Positions 39,507 through 50,431 of a DNA stretch of 64,000 bases are shown piece after piece. Position 1 is the stretch's first letter. Each line of letters begins with the position of its first letter. The DNA lies in the NCBI GenBank assembly GCA_963749075.1, contig CAVVLJ010000017.1:448001-512000 (forward strand). Direction: 5' to 3'. The notes under the pieces are model-generated. The model did not search any database, had not been told where the DNA came from, and saw only the letters and a program-made list of their open reading frames with translations. The DNA is from an uncultured Pseudomonadota bacterium. Its GTDB lineage: Bacteria > Pseudomonadota > Alphaproteobacteria > JACZXZ01. The position numbers were made by a program, and so were the translations under genes.

Positions 39507-40175
39507 TCATTCGCGGTTGTCGCTCTTGTGAAAGATCGCGATATTCCGAAGAACCGTCATCTTCTCGATGGCGTATGGCGAGGACAGTTTTAGCGTCGGG
39601 GCCATGGCGTGATCCATGAGTTGCTTTACCATGCCGACGTTGCCGTGCTGATGGCTGGGAAAGACCTTCGGCATTTCGGGGACGCCGATCTCGGGCGGGA
39701 GATAAGGGGCCCCGTCGAATTCGGGCAAGAACGCCGTACAGATATCCTCGATCACATAGATGCCGCCTGGCTTGAGCGCCCTCGGGAACAGATAGGCGAA
39801 CGAGCGCCCGGTATGGCACCCGAGATGTGAAGCGTCGTCGATGATAATGTCGAACGGCCCGCCCGCGGCAATCGCCGCATCCAGGCATTTCGGATCGTCC
39901 TGAGCTCCATGGACGAAGTGAAAGCGATCTTCCGACGGAAACGAATCCGGCTTCGCGCGCTCATCGAGGCCAACGATGATCGCTTTGGGAAAGTACTCTT
40001 TCCACATCAGCATCGAAGCCCCGTGATACACGCCGAGTTCCAATAGGCTGATCGGCCTGTCGCGCATTTCATGGAACAGGCGGTCGTATTCGATCAAATA
40101 ATGGGTCGGTTTGCGGGCCGGATCGGTCCCGTACAATTGCGCCGCCAAACCGGAAAGCTCCTTGCCGCGCTCCAT
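39507..40175 (-). CDS. MycE/TylE-like SAM-dependent O-methyltransferase
   Basis: LLELGVYHGASMLMWKEYFP; FDIIIDDASH; LKPGGIYVIED. Confidence 0.85.
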   Translation of the reverse strand: MERGKELSGLAAQLYGTDPARKPTHYLIEYDRLFHEMRDRPISLLELGVYHGASMLMWKEYFPKAIIVGLDERAKPDSFPSEDRFHFVHGAQDDPKCLDAAIAAGGPFDIIIDDASHLGCHTGRSFAYLFPRALKPGGIYVIEDICTAFLPEFDGAPYLPPEIGVPEMPKVFPSHQHGNVGMVKQLMDHAMAPTLKLSSPYAIEKMTVLRNIAIFHKSDNRE

Positions 40176-40392
40176 TAGCGGATGCCCTCTCCATAGAGAG
40201 ACGGCCTTCGCGTCGCCTCCCGATCCACCATCACCTTCACCATATCAGACAATTCCCAAAGCTTGGAAGTGGCGCCAACCGTCATCGTTGGTTGACGTGC
40301 CCCTACGATTTCGGATCGTCCTGAAGCGAAAAATTCGGCATTTGAACCTGCCTCCGACCTTGGGCCGCTCGGCCAAGGCGGGGTAAATCAGA

Positions 40393-40421
40393 ATTTTCAA
40401 GCTGCAAGCGGTCTTGAAAAT
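40393..40421 (-). terminator. Hairpin downstream of rmlA, possible terminator or processing site
   Basis: Inverted repeat ATTTTCAAG-n11-CTTGAAAAT; no clear U tract. Confidence 0.3.
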
Positions 40422-40451
40422 CGGGAGCCGGTCGAATGACCCACGCGACGC

Positions 40452-41324
40452 TCACGCCTCCCCGTCGGCGATGCGCAGGAGATAGCGCCCGTATTCGTTG
40501 TCGCGCATCGGCAGCGCGAGCGACTTGAGCTGCGCGCGGTCGATGCGGCCGGTACGGAAGGCAATTTCCTCGACGCACCCGATCTTGAGGCCCTGCCTCT
40601 GCTCCACGGTCCGGACGAACTCCGAGGCCTGGATAAGCGTGTCGTGCGTGCCGGTATCGAGCCAGGCAAATCCCCGCCCGAGCCGCTCCACCTTGAGCTC
40701 GCCGCGCGCGAGATAGATCCCGTTGAGGTCGGTGATCTCGAGCTCGCCGCGCGCGGACGGCCGGAGCGTCCGCGCATATTCGACGACGTGCTCGTCGTAG
40801 AAGTAGAGCCCGGTGATCGCGTAGTTCGACTTCGGGGCCTTGGGCTTCTCCTCGATGCCGACCGCGTTCCACTCCGCATCGAAGGTGACGACGCCGTAGC
40901 GCTGGGGATCGCTCACCCGGTAGGCGAACGCCACGGCACCCCGCTCGAGCGCCACGGCGCGCGCAAGCGCTTCGGGCAATCCGTGGCCGAAGAAGACGTT
41001 GTCCCCGAGGACAAGGCAACATTTCTCGCCCGCAAGGCAGTCGGCGACGATGAGGAAGGCCTGGGCAATTCCGTCCGGTGCCGGCTGCACGGCGAAGGAG
41101 AAGGAGATGCCCCATTGGCTGCCATTGCCGAGGAGTGCTTGGTAATGGCGCTGGTCATCGGGAGTGGTGATGACCAGGATCTCCCGGAGGCCCGCCAGCA
41201 TGAGCACCGATAAGGGGTAATAGATCATCGGCTTGTCGTAGATGGGGAGGAGCTGCTTGCTGACGCCGCGGGTAAGCGGATGGAGTCGCGTGCCGGTGCC
41301 CCCGGCAAGAATGATCCCCTTCAT
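40452..41324 (-). CDS. rmlA: Glucose-1-phosphate thymidylyltransferase
   Basis: [46 protein letters not shown]. Confidence 0.97.
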   Translation of the reverse strand: MKGIILAGGTGTRLHPLTRGVSKQLLPIYDKPMIYYPLSVLMLAGLREILVITTPDDQRHYQALLGNGSQWGISFSFAVQPAPDGIAQAFLIVADCLAGEKCCLVLGDNVFFGHGLPEALARAVALERGAVAFAYRVSDPQRYGVVTFDAEWNAVGIEEKPKAPKSNYAITGLYFYDEHVVEYARTLRPSARGELEITDLNGIYLARGELKVERLGRGFAWLDTGTHDTLIQASEFVRTVEQRQGLKIGCVEEIAFRTGRIDRAQLKSLALPMRDNEYGRYLLRIADGEA

Positions 41325-42244
41325 GGCATCTTGCCGAAGATACCCGCGAGGATCGCCGGCAGGCTCGCGCGCCAATCGGGCGAGGCGATTCCGAAGGTGG
41401 CGGCGATCTTGCCGCAATCGAGGACCGAATTGGCCGGCCGTTTGGCCGGCAAGGGATCATCGGCCGTCGCTATGGGGCGGACGACTACGCGCCGCCCGAG
41501 ATAGGGGCCCGCCGCGTCCACGATAGCGCGTGCGAAGCCGCACCAGCTCGTTGCCGGCGCGCCGCAGAAATGATAGGTGCCCCAGCGCGCGCCGCCCGCA
41601 CCAATGGCGTCGACGACGGCGAGGAGCGCCTCAGCGACGCTTCCGGCCGGGGTCGGGCTGCCGCGTTGGTCGTCGACGACGCTGAGCGCCGGCCGCTCGC
41701 CGGCAAGGCGCGCGATGGTCCTTACGAAATTCGTGCCATGCGCACTGTGAACCCACGCGGTGCGCAGGATGACATAGTGCTCGAGACGGTCGCGTAGGGC
41801 CTCTTCGCCGGCAAGCTTGCTCGCCCCGTAGACGCAGAGCGGAGCAACCGGATCGCTCTCCACGTACGGCCCTTCCTTGCGGCCGTCGAAGACATAATCG
41901 GTCGAGACGTGGAGAAGTGGAATCCCGACCTCGGCGCAGGCCGCGGCAAGGTTGGCCGGGCCGTCGCGGTTGACCGCGAAGGCGGCTTGCTGCTCGCTTT
42001 CCGCCTTGTCGACCTGCGTGTAGGCCGCGGCATTGATGACAAGGGATGGCGCGATATCCCTGATCGCCCGCCGGACACCCTCGCAATCGCGGACGTTGAG
42101 TTCGCCGTGAGAGAGGCCGGCGGCAGGTCGGCGCGCCGCATCCAGGTGCCGCGTGAGCTCGCGCCCAAGCTGGCCTCCAGCACCGATGACAAGGATGGGC
42201 GGCACCCGTGCCTCAGCGTCCGGCGGCGAGGCCGAGACGTTCAC
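41321..42244 (-). CDS. rmlD: dTDP-4-dehydrorhamnose reductase
   Basis: [39 protein letters not shown]. Confidence 0.95.
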   Translation of the reverse strand: MNVSASPPDAEARVPPILVIGAGGQLGRELTRHLDAARRPAAGLSHGELNVRDCEGVRRAIRDIAPSLVINAAAYTQVDKAESEQQAAFAVNRDGPANLAAACAEVGIPLLHVSTDYVFDGRKEGPYVESDPVAPLCVYGASKLAGEEALRDRLEHYVILRTAWVHSAHGTNFVRTIARLAGERPALSVVDDQRGSPTPAGSVAEALLAVVDAIGAGGARWGTYHFCGAPATSWCGFARAIVDAAGPYLGRRVVVRPIATADDPLPAKRPANSVLDCGKIAATFGIASPDWRASLPAILAGIFGKMP

Positions 42245-43280
42245 CGCGGTAACGACCCTCCATGTGGGGCCGCCACCAGCTCTCGTTTGCCAGGTACCAT
42301 TCGACCGTGCGCCGGAGCCCGGTCTCGAAATCGAAGGTCTGCACTATGCCGAGCTCGCGCTCGATCCGCGCGGCGTCGACCGCATAGCGCAGGTCGTGGC
42401 CGGGCCGCTCGGCAACGAAGGTGATGAGATCGGCGTGCGCGCCGTGGCGGCGGGGCCGCAGCCGGTCCAGCTCCGCGCAGATCGCATGGACCACCTGGAG
42501 GTTGCTGCGCTCGCTCCGACCGGCGACATTGTAGCTCTCGCCGGGCCGGCCCGCCGTGGCCACGCGGTGGAGCGCCCGGGCATGGTCCTCGACATGGAGC
42601 CAGTCGCGCACGTTGACGCCGCTGCCATAGACCGGGAGCGATCTCTCGTCGCGGCCACTGATGATCATAAGCGGAATCAGCTTGTCGGGGAACTGGTACG
42701 GGCCGTAGTTGTTCGAGCAATTGCTGATGAGTGTTGGCAGGCCGTAAGTGTGGCGCCAGGCGTGCACGAAATGATCCGACGACGCCTTGCTCGCGGAATA
42801 GGGCGAGCTCGGGCGATAGGGCGATTCCTCGGTGAAAGCGCCGGTCTCGCCGAGACCGGCGAGCGTGCCGAATACCTCGTCGGTCGAGACATGGTGGAAG
42901 CGGAAGGCGGCTTGCCTCGCGGGAGAGAGCGTGCGCCAGTAGTCGAGTGCGGCTTCGAGGAGCACGCAAGTGCCGACGACGTTGGTCTGAACGAAGCTTG
43001 CCGGCTCGTCGATCGAGCGGTCCACATGGGTCTCGGCGGCGAAGTTCATCACGACGTCGGGCCGATGGCGCGCAAATATCTCGGCAAGCGCCGCCGCATC
43101 GCAGATGTTGGCCCGCTCGAAGCGATAGCGAGGATCGCGCGAAGCCGCCGCCACGCCGCGCAGATCGCCGGCGTAAGTCAGCTTGTCGAGGTTGACGACC
43201 TCGGCGTCCGTCTCGCCGATCAGGTAGCGCACGACAGCCGAGCCGATGAAGCCAGCCCCGCCGGTGACGAGGAATTTCAT
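42213..43280 (-). CDS. rmlB: dTDP-glucose 4,6-dehydratase
   Basis: [44 protein letters not shown]. Confidence 0.97.
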   Translation of the reverse strand: MKFLVTGGAGFIGSAVVRYLIGETDAEVVNLDKLTYAGDLRGVAAASRDPRYRFERANICDAAALAEIFARHRPDVVMNFAAETHVDRSIDEPASFVQTNVVGTCVLLEAALDYWRTLSPARQAAFRFHHVSTDEVFGTLAGLGETGAFTEESPYRPSSPYSASKASSDHFVHAWRHTYGLPTLISNCSNNYGPYQFPDKLIPLMIISGRDERSLPVYGSGVNVRDWLHVEDHARALHRVATAGRPGESYNVAGRSERSNLQVVHAICAELDRLRPRRHGAHADLITFVAERPGHDLRYAVDAARIERELGIVQTFDFETGLRRTVEWYLANESWWRPHMEGRYRGERLGLAAGR

Positions 43281-43312
43281 GGACGACCTCTCCCCCGCCT
43301 CGCCCTTCCGCC

Positions 43313-43858
43313 TCAAGGGCCATAGCTGAACGGACTGTCGATTTCCGCCAGGCGGGGCTGACGCCGGTCCTTGTCCGAAAGGATCGCCTTGGACGGCGCC
43401 ACCGGCCATGGAATGGCAAGTGCCGGATCGTTCCACAGGATGCCGCGGTCGTGCTGGGGCGAGTAGTAGGAGTCGACCTTATAATGCACCATGGTGTCGG
43501 GCACGAGCGTGCAAAAGCCGTGCGCGAAGCCGCGGGGAATGAGTATCTGGCTAAGCTTCTCGACGCTGAGCTCCACGCCGACCCAACGCCCGAATGTAGC
43601 CGAGCCGCGCCGGATGTCGACGGCCACATCGAAGGCCGCACCGTGCAGGACCGTCACCAGCTTCGTTTGCGCAAAGGGCGGCTCCTGATAATGCAGGCCA
43701 CGCACCGTACCCGCATCGGCCGAAAGCGAGAGGTTATCCTGCACGAAATCGAGATCCGGGTAATTCCGACGCGTAAAGATCTCGCAGAAGAAGCCGCGGC
43801 TGTCGCGAAACTTCTCGAGCGAGAGGTGAGTCACCTCACGAATGTCCAATGCGGTCAT
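43313..43858 (-). CDS. rmlC: dTDP-4-dehydrorhamnose 3,5-epimerase
   Basis: [37 protein letters not shown]. Confidence 0.95.
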   Translation of the reverse strand: MTALDIREVTHLSLEKFRDSRGFFCEIFTRRNYPDLDFVQDNLSLSADAGTVRGLHYQEPPFAQTKLVTVLHGAAFDVAVDIRRGSATFGRWVGVELSVEKLSQILIPRGFAHGFCTLVPDTMVHYKVDSYYSPQHDRGILWNDPALAIPWPVAPSKAILSDKDRRQPRLAEIDSPFSYGP

Positions 43859-44267
43859 TTCGTCCGATCGCTTTCGGAGCTTGCCTCGTCGGTGGCTTGC
43901 GGCGATTAATAACACGAACGACCTGTCGATTGAAACGCCGGGAATCATAGCGACTGCCGCGGCTATCTCATCCGGCGGCAGCGGGAGCGGCAAGCCGTGG
44001 CGGCCGAGGCGGCGCAAGTCCCACCCGCATCCGGCTCGGCGGCGGGCCTCGTGCGGACCGGCGCGCGACCCTGCCGCTGCGGTTGCTCGCCGCGTTAACG
44101 GCGCCATTCCTGTGGAGGTCGATATCCCAGGCGATGGAATAAAAGCTGAACTCTACCTCGCCGTCGGCAGCTCCGCGATTCCCTTGAGGCTTTCGCCCAC
44201 CGCCCGGTGCTCCGCTGCCGCGGGCCGTCGGAACGGCAATCTCAGGCGTAAGCGATCCATGTCGCCA

Positions 44268-45191
44268 TCATTCCCGCGCCCGCGGCGGCGCGCCACTGGC
44301 CGGGAAGCCCACAAAGAGCTCGGCGAGCACCGCGCGCGCGGGCCGGATCGGCACGCCGAACGCGTGGGCGATCTTTTGCGCGTTCAGCGTGCTGTAGCGG
44401 TGGCGGTAGATCGCAGGGACTTGGGCCTCAGACACGGGCTCGCCGTGGACGAGGCCGGGCGGCAGCCGGCAGGCCTCGGCCATCATCGCTGCGGCCTCGG
44501 CATAGGAGATTTCGTCCGCGGAGGAGAGGTGCCAAATGCCCCGGCATCGGCGCTCGCCGAGCGCGATCGCCGCCTCGGCCACCTCCGCCGCCGAGAGCGG
44601 TGCCAACGTCATGTCGCTGGCGGCCACGGCCGGCTCGCCGCGCCGCAGGTTCTCGTACCACAGGCGGAACATGCCGACCGGCTCCGCGGCCAGCACCTTG
44701 GTCAGGCGCAGCACCGCGGCCGGCAACCCCTCGCGCGCGATCGCCGCCTCGAGCGCCAGCTTCTGGCGGCCGTAGGCGTTCTTGGGCCGGCACGCCGCGG
44801 CCTCGTCGGGCAACGGCGTCTCGCCGTCGAAGACCTGGCTGCTCGAGAGGAAGACAAGCTGCGTGCCGCGCGCCGCGAGGCGGCGCATGACGGCGAGCGT
44901 ACCGTCGACGTTGACGCGGGCGGCGGCATGCGGATCGCGCTCGCAGGTGCGCATGTCGGTGACGGCGGCGCAGATATAGGCGCAGGCGAACGCGAGTCCG
45001 TCCAAGGCCGCGAAAGCGGGAGAGGCGAGATCGAGGGGCAGGGCCAAGGCCCCGGCCGGCGTCCGACGCGACGTTGTCCGGAAGGGCCGCCCGGCGCGGC
45101 CGAGCGTGCCGCCGAGGTAGCGGCCGATCAGGCTGTCGCCGCCGACGATGAGATCGTCGCGGGTCCCATCCGCCGCCTTCGCCGCGCTCAT
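44268..45191 (-). CDS. Second RmlD-like extended SDR (NDP-sugar reductase)
   Basis: GGDSLIG, SSSQVFDG, YGRQK catalytic YxxxK. Confidence 0.8.
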   Translation of the reverse strand: MSAAKAADGTRDDLIVGGDSLIGRYLGGTLGRAGRPFRTTSRRTPAGALALPLDLASPAFAALDGLAFACAYICAAVTDMRTCERDPHAAARVNVDGTLAVMRRLAARGTQLVFLSSSQVFDGETPLPDEAAACRPKNAYGRQKLALEAAIAREGLPAAVLRLTKVLAAEPVGMFRLWYENLRRGEPAVAASDMTLAPLSAAEVAEAAIALGERRCRGIWHLSSADEISYAEAAAMMAEACRLPPGLVHGEPVSEAQVPAIYRHRYSTLNAQKIAHAFGVPIRPARAVLAELFVGFPASGAPPRARE

Positions 45192-45367
45192 GCGGCGGCC
45201 AATTGAGCCGGATGGCGGAATTGCCGAGGCCGCGGTCCGCCTGGGCTAGCGCTTCGGCGGCACCCGCTCGAACCCGAAGCACCGGCCCGGAGCGCGAGCG
45301 ATAGCGTGATGGTGTGTCGTGGTCGCGAGACCATCATGATTGGGCATCAAGCGTCGGAACTGCCGCG

Positions 45368-45955
45368 CTAGCGCCGCGGCCCCGCCGCCACGCTGCCGCA
45401 GCGCTCGATGCAGTACTCGAGGATCGCATGACAGAGGGCCGTATGCCCGACCTCCACGAAGGCGTAGCTGTCGGAGGACAGGAAGAAATTCATATGCCCC
45501 ATGCCGCGCAGGGGATTGTCGGCGGTGAAGCCGCTCAGGGTCATGACCGTGCAATCCGTCCCGCGCGCAGCCGTGACGGCGTTCAGGATGTTGGCCGAGC
45601 GTCCCGAGGCGCTGAGGGCGACGAGAAAGTCGCCGGGTCGAGCGAAAGTCTCAATCTGCTTGGCAAAGACGTGCTCATAGCCATAGTCGTTGCCGAGGCA
45701 GGTCAGCATGCAGGCGTCGTTCATAGCGAGCGAGCGCAGACCCGCATTCTTGCTGTAATCCGCCGCCATGTGGCTGGCGGTCCCGGCGCTCCCGCCGTTG
45801 CCGATGAACATCAGCTTGTTGCCGCGGTCATGGGTGGCGCGCGCCATGAGTGCCGCCCATTCCACCGCTTCGTCGATAGGATACGGCCGCCCCGAGGCGT
45901 CGCTTGCCTCGATCCCCGTCAGCAGGTCGGCGAGATTGGCAATGAACTCTCGCAT
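45368..45955 (-). CDS. SIS-domain phosphoheptose isomerase (GmhA-like)
   Basis: IGNGGSAGTASH, TCLGNDYGYE, LSASGRSANI, VEVGH. Alternative start at 45991. Confidence 0.85.
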   Translation of the reverse strand: MREFIANLADLLTGIEASDASGRPYPIDEAVEWAALMARATHDRGNKLMFIGNGGSAGTASHMAADYSKNAGLRSLAMNDACMLTCLGNDYGYEHVFAKQIETFARPGDFLVALSASGRSANILNAVTAARGTDCTVMTLSGFTADNPLRGMGHMNFFLSSDSYAFVEVGHTALCHAILEYCIERCGSVAAGPRR

Positions 45956-46272
45956 CCAAGACTCGGGAAGAGCTCTTGCCGCGCGCAACATTGGCCAATT
46001 TCCTCGCGTATCCTGCTTGACGTTGCTATAATGCAACCGAGGTGTCAAACAATTTTCAATCTCATTCCCCCCCCCGCGCGTCAAGCGATGGCGGGCGTAT
46101 CGGCAACGAAATTTATTGCCAGCGCCGTCCGACGCCCTCATCCTTGCGGTCAGGCGGCGATCTAAAGGGAAGCCTCAGTTTAGCGGTCGCGGGCACATAT
46201 GTCCCGTAAAGGAATTAGAGGACTCATGACAGTAAAACCGTCTCCATCCGGATAGACCGCCGCGGCCGTAGC

Positions 46273-47319
46273 ATGGAATCGCTCGATTATTCCGCCGCCG
46301 CCCTGCCCGAGCCGCGAGCAGGTGCAGAAGCCGCTCCGCTCGCGACGATCGTCATCCCGACGTTCGGCGACTTGCCGCAGCTGGTCGACATCCTCGCGCA
46401 GGTGCGAGCGCAGACGTGGTCCCATTTGGAGGTCATCGTCGTCGACGACGCGTCGGCGACGCCGGTCGAAGCGTCGCTCTGCGTCCAAGGGGGAGATGCG
46501 ATGACCCTGCGGGTCATCCGCCACAGGGAGAATCAAGGACCGGTCGCGGCACTGCATACCGGACTCATGCAAGCGCGGGGCAAATACGTCTATCTCGGCT
46601 CGACGAACGATCCGATCGAGCCGCACTTCATCGAAGCCGGGGTCGCACTGCTCGAGCGATACCCTGCGGCGGGGCTGTGTTTCTCGGATTCCGCGACGAT
46701 CGACGGCTGGAGCGGGCGGCGCCGGGCGTTTCCGCTTTATCTCAGCCGGCAGGCCGTCTACTTGGCACCCGACGAATTCGCCCGACGCATGCGCTCGGCG
46801 CCGTTCCACATCTCCAGCAATACCGTGATCTTCCGCATGACTTCCATACGGCGCATCGGCGGTTACCGGCCCGCCCTCGCCCTTTATTCCGATTGGTTCG
46901 GCGTCCAGATGACGGCATTGCAAGACGGTGCGGTCTATATTCCCAAGGTGCTCGCCTATTCCCGCGAGCATCCCGGACGCTATTCCGAGCCGCGACGCTG
47001 GGGCCCGGCCGAGCGCCGGCGTCTCGCCGGTTTGGCGCTTGCCAGCGCCGTCGAGGGATATCCCGAGCTCGTGTCGCGGCTGCGCCAAAGCCGCGCGGCG
47101 TCCGCCTTCGGCTTTCGCTTGCTCGCGGGCCTCTCCCGAGATCGGCAGTGCGCCGCCGCCATCGATCCCGCCGCCTTGTGGATGGCCCTTGTTCGCGACA
47201 TCTGGCACGTGGTCGGCCGGCTCGTCCCGCTCCCGGCCCGGCGGCTGTGCCGCCGAGCGTTGATGGGTTACAGGCCGAGCCTTCGGGAAAGAAAGGCGGG
47301 AAGCGCCTCGGCCGACTGA
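46273..47319 (+). CDS. Glycosyltransferase family 2
   Basis: TIVIPTF, EVIVVDDAS, ENQG...ARGKY, YSDW. Confidence 0.85.
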   Translation: MESLDYSAAALPEPRAGAEAAPLATIVIPTFGDLPQLVDILAQVRAQTWSHLEVIVVDDASATPVEASLCVQGGDAMTLRVIRHRENQGPVAALHTGLMQARGKYVYLGSTNDPIEPHFIEAGVALLERYPAAGLCFSDSATIDGWSGRRRAFPLYLSRQAVYLAPDEFARRMRSAPFHISSNTVIFRMTSIRRIGGYRPALALYSDWFGVQMTALQDGAVYIPKVLAYSREHPGRYSEPRRWGPAERRRLAGLALASAVEGYPELVSRLRQSRAASAFGFRLLAGLSRDRQCAAAIDPAALWMALVRDIWHVVGRLVPLPARRLCRRALMGYRPSLRERKAGSASAD

Positions 47320-47673
47320 TCGGGGCTACGCTCGAGCGTGTCCTTAGCCGAGCCCGCCGCCATCGCGAGGATCGTCAGCCCAAGCATCGCGAGCCACCAT
47401 GCATGCCGCCGATTGTTCCCGACCGCGGCCTAGGCGGACGCGGTCATTGTCAAGGCAAGCGCCGTGGACATGGCGCACCGGCGCGCTCCCGCGATGGGGC
47501 GGCGCGTCGCCGGTGGCTGCGAGGCCCTGCAACCAGCGACAGCATAGCGCGCGCGAGGGACCAGTCTATACGCTCCGCGCACTCGAGGCGCCTTCTGTCC
47601 GAGAGTCGTGTCCCCAGACTTGTCCCCGACCAAATTCGCCGCCCCGTATGACATCCTAAGTTATTCGGAATTA

Positions 47674-47750
<77 letters not shown>

Positions 47751-47829
47751 TGCCGTATGGAAGCCTTGGCGAGGGCCGCTTATAGTGGCTTTCGCGGGAC
47801 CTGTCCAGCCGGCCCGGCCCGGCGGCACG

Positions 47830-48054
47830 CTACTCGTCCTCATCCCCGCCGCCCTCTTGTGCTGGGGCATTCTCGGGCGTCTCGTCGCTGGCGATGCGAT
47901 AGCCGCCGCCGAGCCAGCGGCCGAGGTCGATGTCGGCGCAGCGCTTGGAGCAGAAGGGGCGATAGCGCTCCTCCGGCGGCCTGCCGCAGAGCGGGCACTT
48001 CGCCCGCTTCTTCCTAGCCTGGAGCCTGGTGATCTCGGCCATGGCCTGCCTCAT
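47830..48054 (-). CDS. yacG: DNA gyrase inhibitor YacG
   Basis: CPLCG...PFCSKRCADIDLGRWL. Confidence 0.93.
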   Translation of the reverse strand: MRQAMAEITRLQARKKRAKCPLCGRPPEERYRPFCSKRCADIDLGRWLGGGYRIASDETPENAPAQEGGGDEDE

Positions 48055-49499
48055 GCCCGGGTCGCTACGCCGCCGCCGCCGTCCGTCACGATGTCGAACC
48101 GCTCGCGCGCGAAAGACGGCTCGGCGCGGAGCGCCAAGGGCCGGCCGAGCTTTAGCTCGAGCGCCCGCCGCGCCGCTGCCGCCTCGCCCTCGAGCGCCGC
48201 CACGACCGCCGCGGACGCGACGACGACGAGCGCCGAGCCCGGTGCCGCCCGCGCCGTGCGCTCGGCCGCGCGCAGCACCTCATAGGCGACCGTCGCGGCA
48301 CCTGCAAGCCGGCCGCTGCCGTGGCAGGCCGCACAGGCCTCGCCGAGGAGCTCGCGCAAAGGCGCACGCACGCGCTTCCGCGTCATCTCGAAGAGGCCGA
48401 GCCGGGTGAAGCCGCCGAGCTGGACCGGCACCGGATCGGCGGCGAAGGCGGCGGCGAGGGCGTCCGCCACGCGCGCGCGATGGCGTGGCTTCGCCATATG
48501 CACGAAATCTATGACGATGAGGCCGGCGAGATTGCGCAGGCGCACCTGGCGCGCGATCTCGACCGCCGCCTCGAGGTTGACCGCGAGCGCCGCGTCCGCG
48601 AGGTGCCCAGCACCCGACTGCCGCGCCGTGTTCACGTCGATGGCGGAGAGCGCCTCGAGCGTGCCGATGGCAAGGCTGCCGCCCGAGGGCAATGCCGCGA
48701 GCGGCGCGAGCCCCTCGGCGATCTGCTCCTCTACTTCGTGGCGCGCGAAGAGAGCCTCGGGCCCGCGATGGAGCGTGACCTCCACGCGTGCGCCGAGCGC
48801 GTGGCGTGCGAGGAACTCCTCCGCCTGCGTCTTGGCCTCGCGGGCGTCGGTCAAAACCGAACGGAGCGCGGGGCCCGCATGGTCGCGCAAGACCCACGCG
48901 GCCGGCGGCGCCTCGGCGTGGAGCAGCGCCGGCGCCTTGCTCGATTTCGCGCGCGCGAGCACGTCCTGCCAGAGCTTGCGCAAGCCGGCGAGCTCGTCGA
49001 GAAGCTGCGCCGCGTCCGTATCTTGCGCCGCGGTGCGCAGCACGACGCCTTCGTCCGCTGCGAGATGCGGCGCCAGGGCCGCCTCGAGACGGCCGCGCTC
49101 GGCGCCCTCCGCGATGCGCTTCGAGACGGCAATCCCGGGCTTCTCCGGCGAGAGAACGAGGCGGTAGCCGGGAAGTGCGATTGCCGCCGAGAGCCGCGGC
49201 CCCTTCTCCGCAATGGCGTCAGCCGTCACTTGCACGATGAGCGCCTGGCCTTCGTGGAGCGCCCGTCCGCCGCCCCGCTTGAGGAGGCCGGCGGGCCCTT
49301 GACCGAGCTCGACGAAGGCCGCGTCCATGCCCGGCGCCAGCTTGCCTATGCGGCCGAGATAGATGTTGCCGACGAGGCTCGCAGCACTGGCGCGCTCGAC
49401 CGCGAGCTCGACGAGCCGCCCGGCCGAGACGAGTGCGGCGCGGGTCTCGCCGGGCGAGACGCTCAAGAGGATCTCGTCGATCCCGGAGGCGGCGCTCAT
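48051..49499 (-). CDS. rng: Ribonuclease E/G family protein
   Basis: GNIYLGRI...AAFV; AIDVNT; RLRNLAGLIVIDFVHM; CAACHGSG. Confidence 0.9.
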   Translation of the reverse strand: MSAASGIDEILLSVSPGETRAALVSAGRLVELAVERASAASLVGNIYLGRIGKLAPGMDAAFVELGQGPAGLLKRGGGRALHEGQALIVQVTADAIAEKGPRLSAAIALPGYRLVLSPEKPGIAVSKRIAEGAERGRLEAALAPHLAADEGVVLRTAAQDTDAAQLLDELAGLRKLWQDVLARAKSSKAPALLHAEAPPAAWVLRDHAGPALRSVLTDAREAKTQAEEFLARHALGARVEVTLHRGPEALFARHEVEEQIAEGLAPLAALPSGGSLAIGTLEALSAIDVNTARQSGAGHLADAALAVNLEAAVEIARQVRLRNLAGLIVIDFVHMAKPRHRARVADALAAAFAADPVPVQLGGFTRLGLFEMTRKRVRAPLRELLGEACAACHGSGRLAGAATVAYEVLRAAERTARAAPGSALVVVASAAVVAALEGEAAAARRALELKLGRPLALRAEPSFARERFDIVTDGGGGVATRA

Positions 49500-50065
49500 C
49501 GGTAGCCGAGGCCGCTCAGTAGTGCTGCCGTCTCGTAGAGCGGCAGGCCGACCACGTTCGAATAGGAGCCGCCGAGATGGCGCACGAAGGCGGCGGCGCG
49601 GCCCTGAATGGCATAGCCGCCCGCCTTGTCGTGCCACTCGCCGCTCGCGAGATAGGCCGCGATCTCGTCGGACGTGAGGCGCTTCATGGCGACCGTGGTG
49701 GTGACGAGGCGCACGGCACTGCGCCCGCCGGGCGCCATCAGCACCACGCCGCCGATCACCCGGTGGCGCCGGCCCGAGAGGAGCCCGAGGCAGGCGCGCG
49801 CCGCCGCGGCATCGAGCGCCTTCGGCAGGATGCGCCGGCCGCAGGCGACGACCGTGTCGGCGGCGAGCACGAAGTCGTCCGGAAAGCGGGCCGCGACCGC
49901 TTGCGCCTTGGCGGCGGCCAGGCGGGCGGCATGGGCGCGGGGCAATTCGCGCGGCCGCACGCTCTCGTCGACGAGCGCCGGCACGACGGCATCGGGGACG
50001 ACGCCGATCTGGCGCAAGAGTTCCAGGCGTCGCGGCGACGCCGAGGCCAGGATCAGGCGCGGCAC
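49496..50065 (-). CDS. maf: Maf-family nucleotide pyrophosphatase
   Basis: LILASASPRR, ADTVV, KAGGYAIQG, SNVVGLP. Confidence 0.95.
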   Translation of the reverse strand: MPRLILASASPRRLELLRQIGVVPDAVVPALVDESVRPRELPRAHAARLAAAKAQAVAARFPDDFVLAADTVVACGRRILPKALDAAAARACLGLLSGRRHRVIGGVVLMAPGGRSAVRLVTTTVAMKRLTSDEIAAYLASGEWHDKAGGYAIQGRAAAFVRHLGGSYSNVVGLPLYETAALLSGLGYR

Positions 50066-50108
50066 CGGGCGTGCATCTCCCGTCGCTGGGCGCGCCCAGG
50101 CGCGCCGG

Positions 50109-50327
50109 TCACTTGAAGCGGAAGGTAATGCGGCCCTTGCTGAGGTCGTAAGGCGTCATCTCGACGTTGACGCGGTCTCCGGCCAGCACCCGGATGCGGT
50201 TCTTGCGCATCTTGCCCGAGGTATGGGCCAGTATCTCGTGCTCGTTGTCGAGCTTCACCCGGAACATCGCGTTGGGCAGGAGCTCGGTCACCGTGCCGGA
50301 AACCTCGATCAGGTCTTCCTTCGCCAT
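50109..50327 (-). CDS. infA: Translation initiation factor IF-1
   Basis: MAKEDLIE...LPNAMFRV...[13 protein letters not shown]. Confidence 0.98.
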   Translation of the reverse strand: MAKEDLIEVSGTVTELLPNAMFRVKLDNEHEILAHTSGKMRKNRIRVLAGDRVNVEMTPYDLSKGRITFRFK

Positions 50328-50431
50328 TACCCTCACCAATGTCGACTTTGGCGACCCGGAACATGGGACCAACCCCTTCCTGGGTCAAGCTTATTCGCCG
50401 CCGGAGGGCGGGCAGCAGGGCGCTTCCCCGC

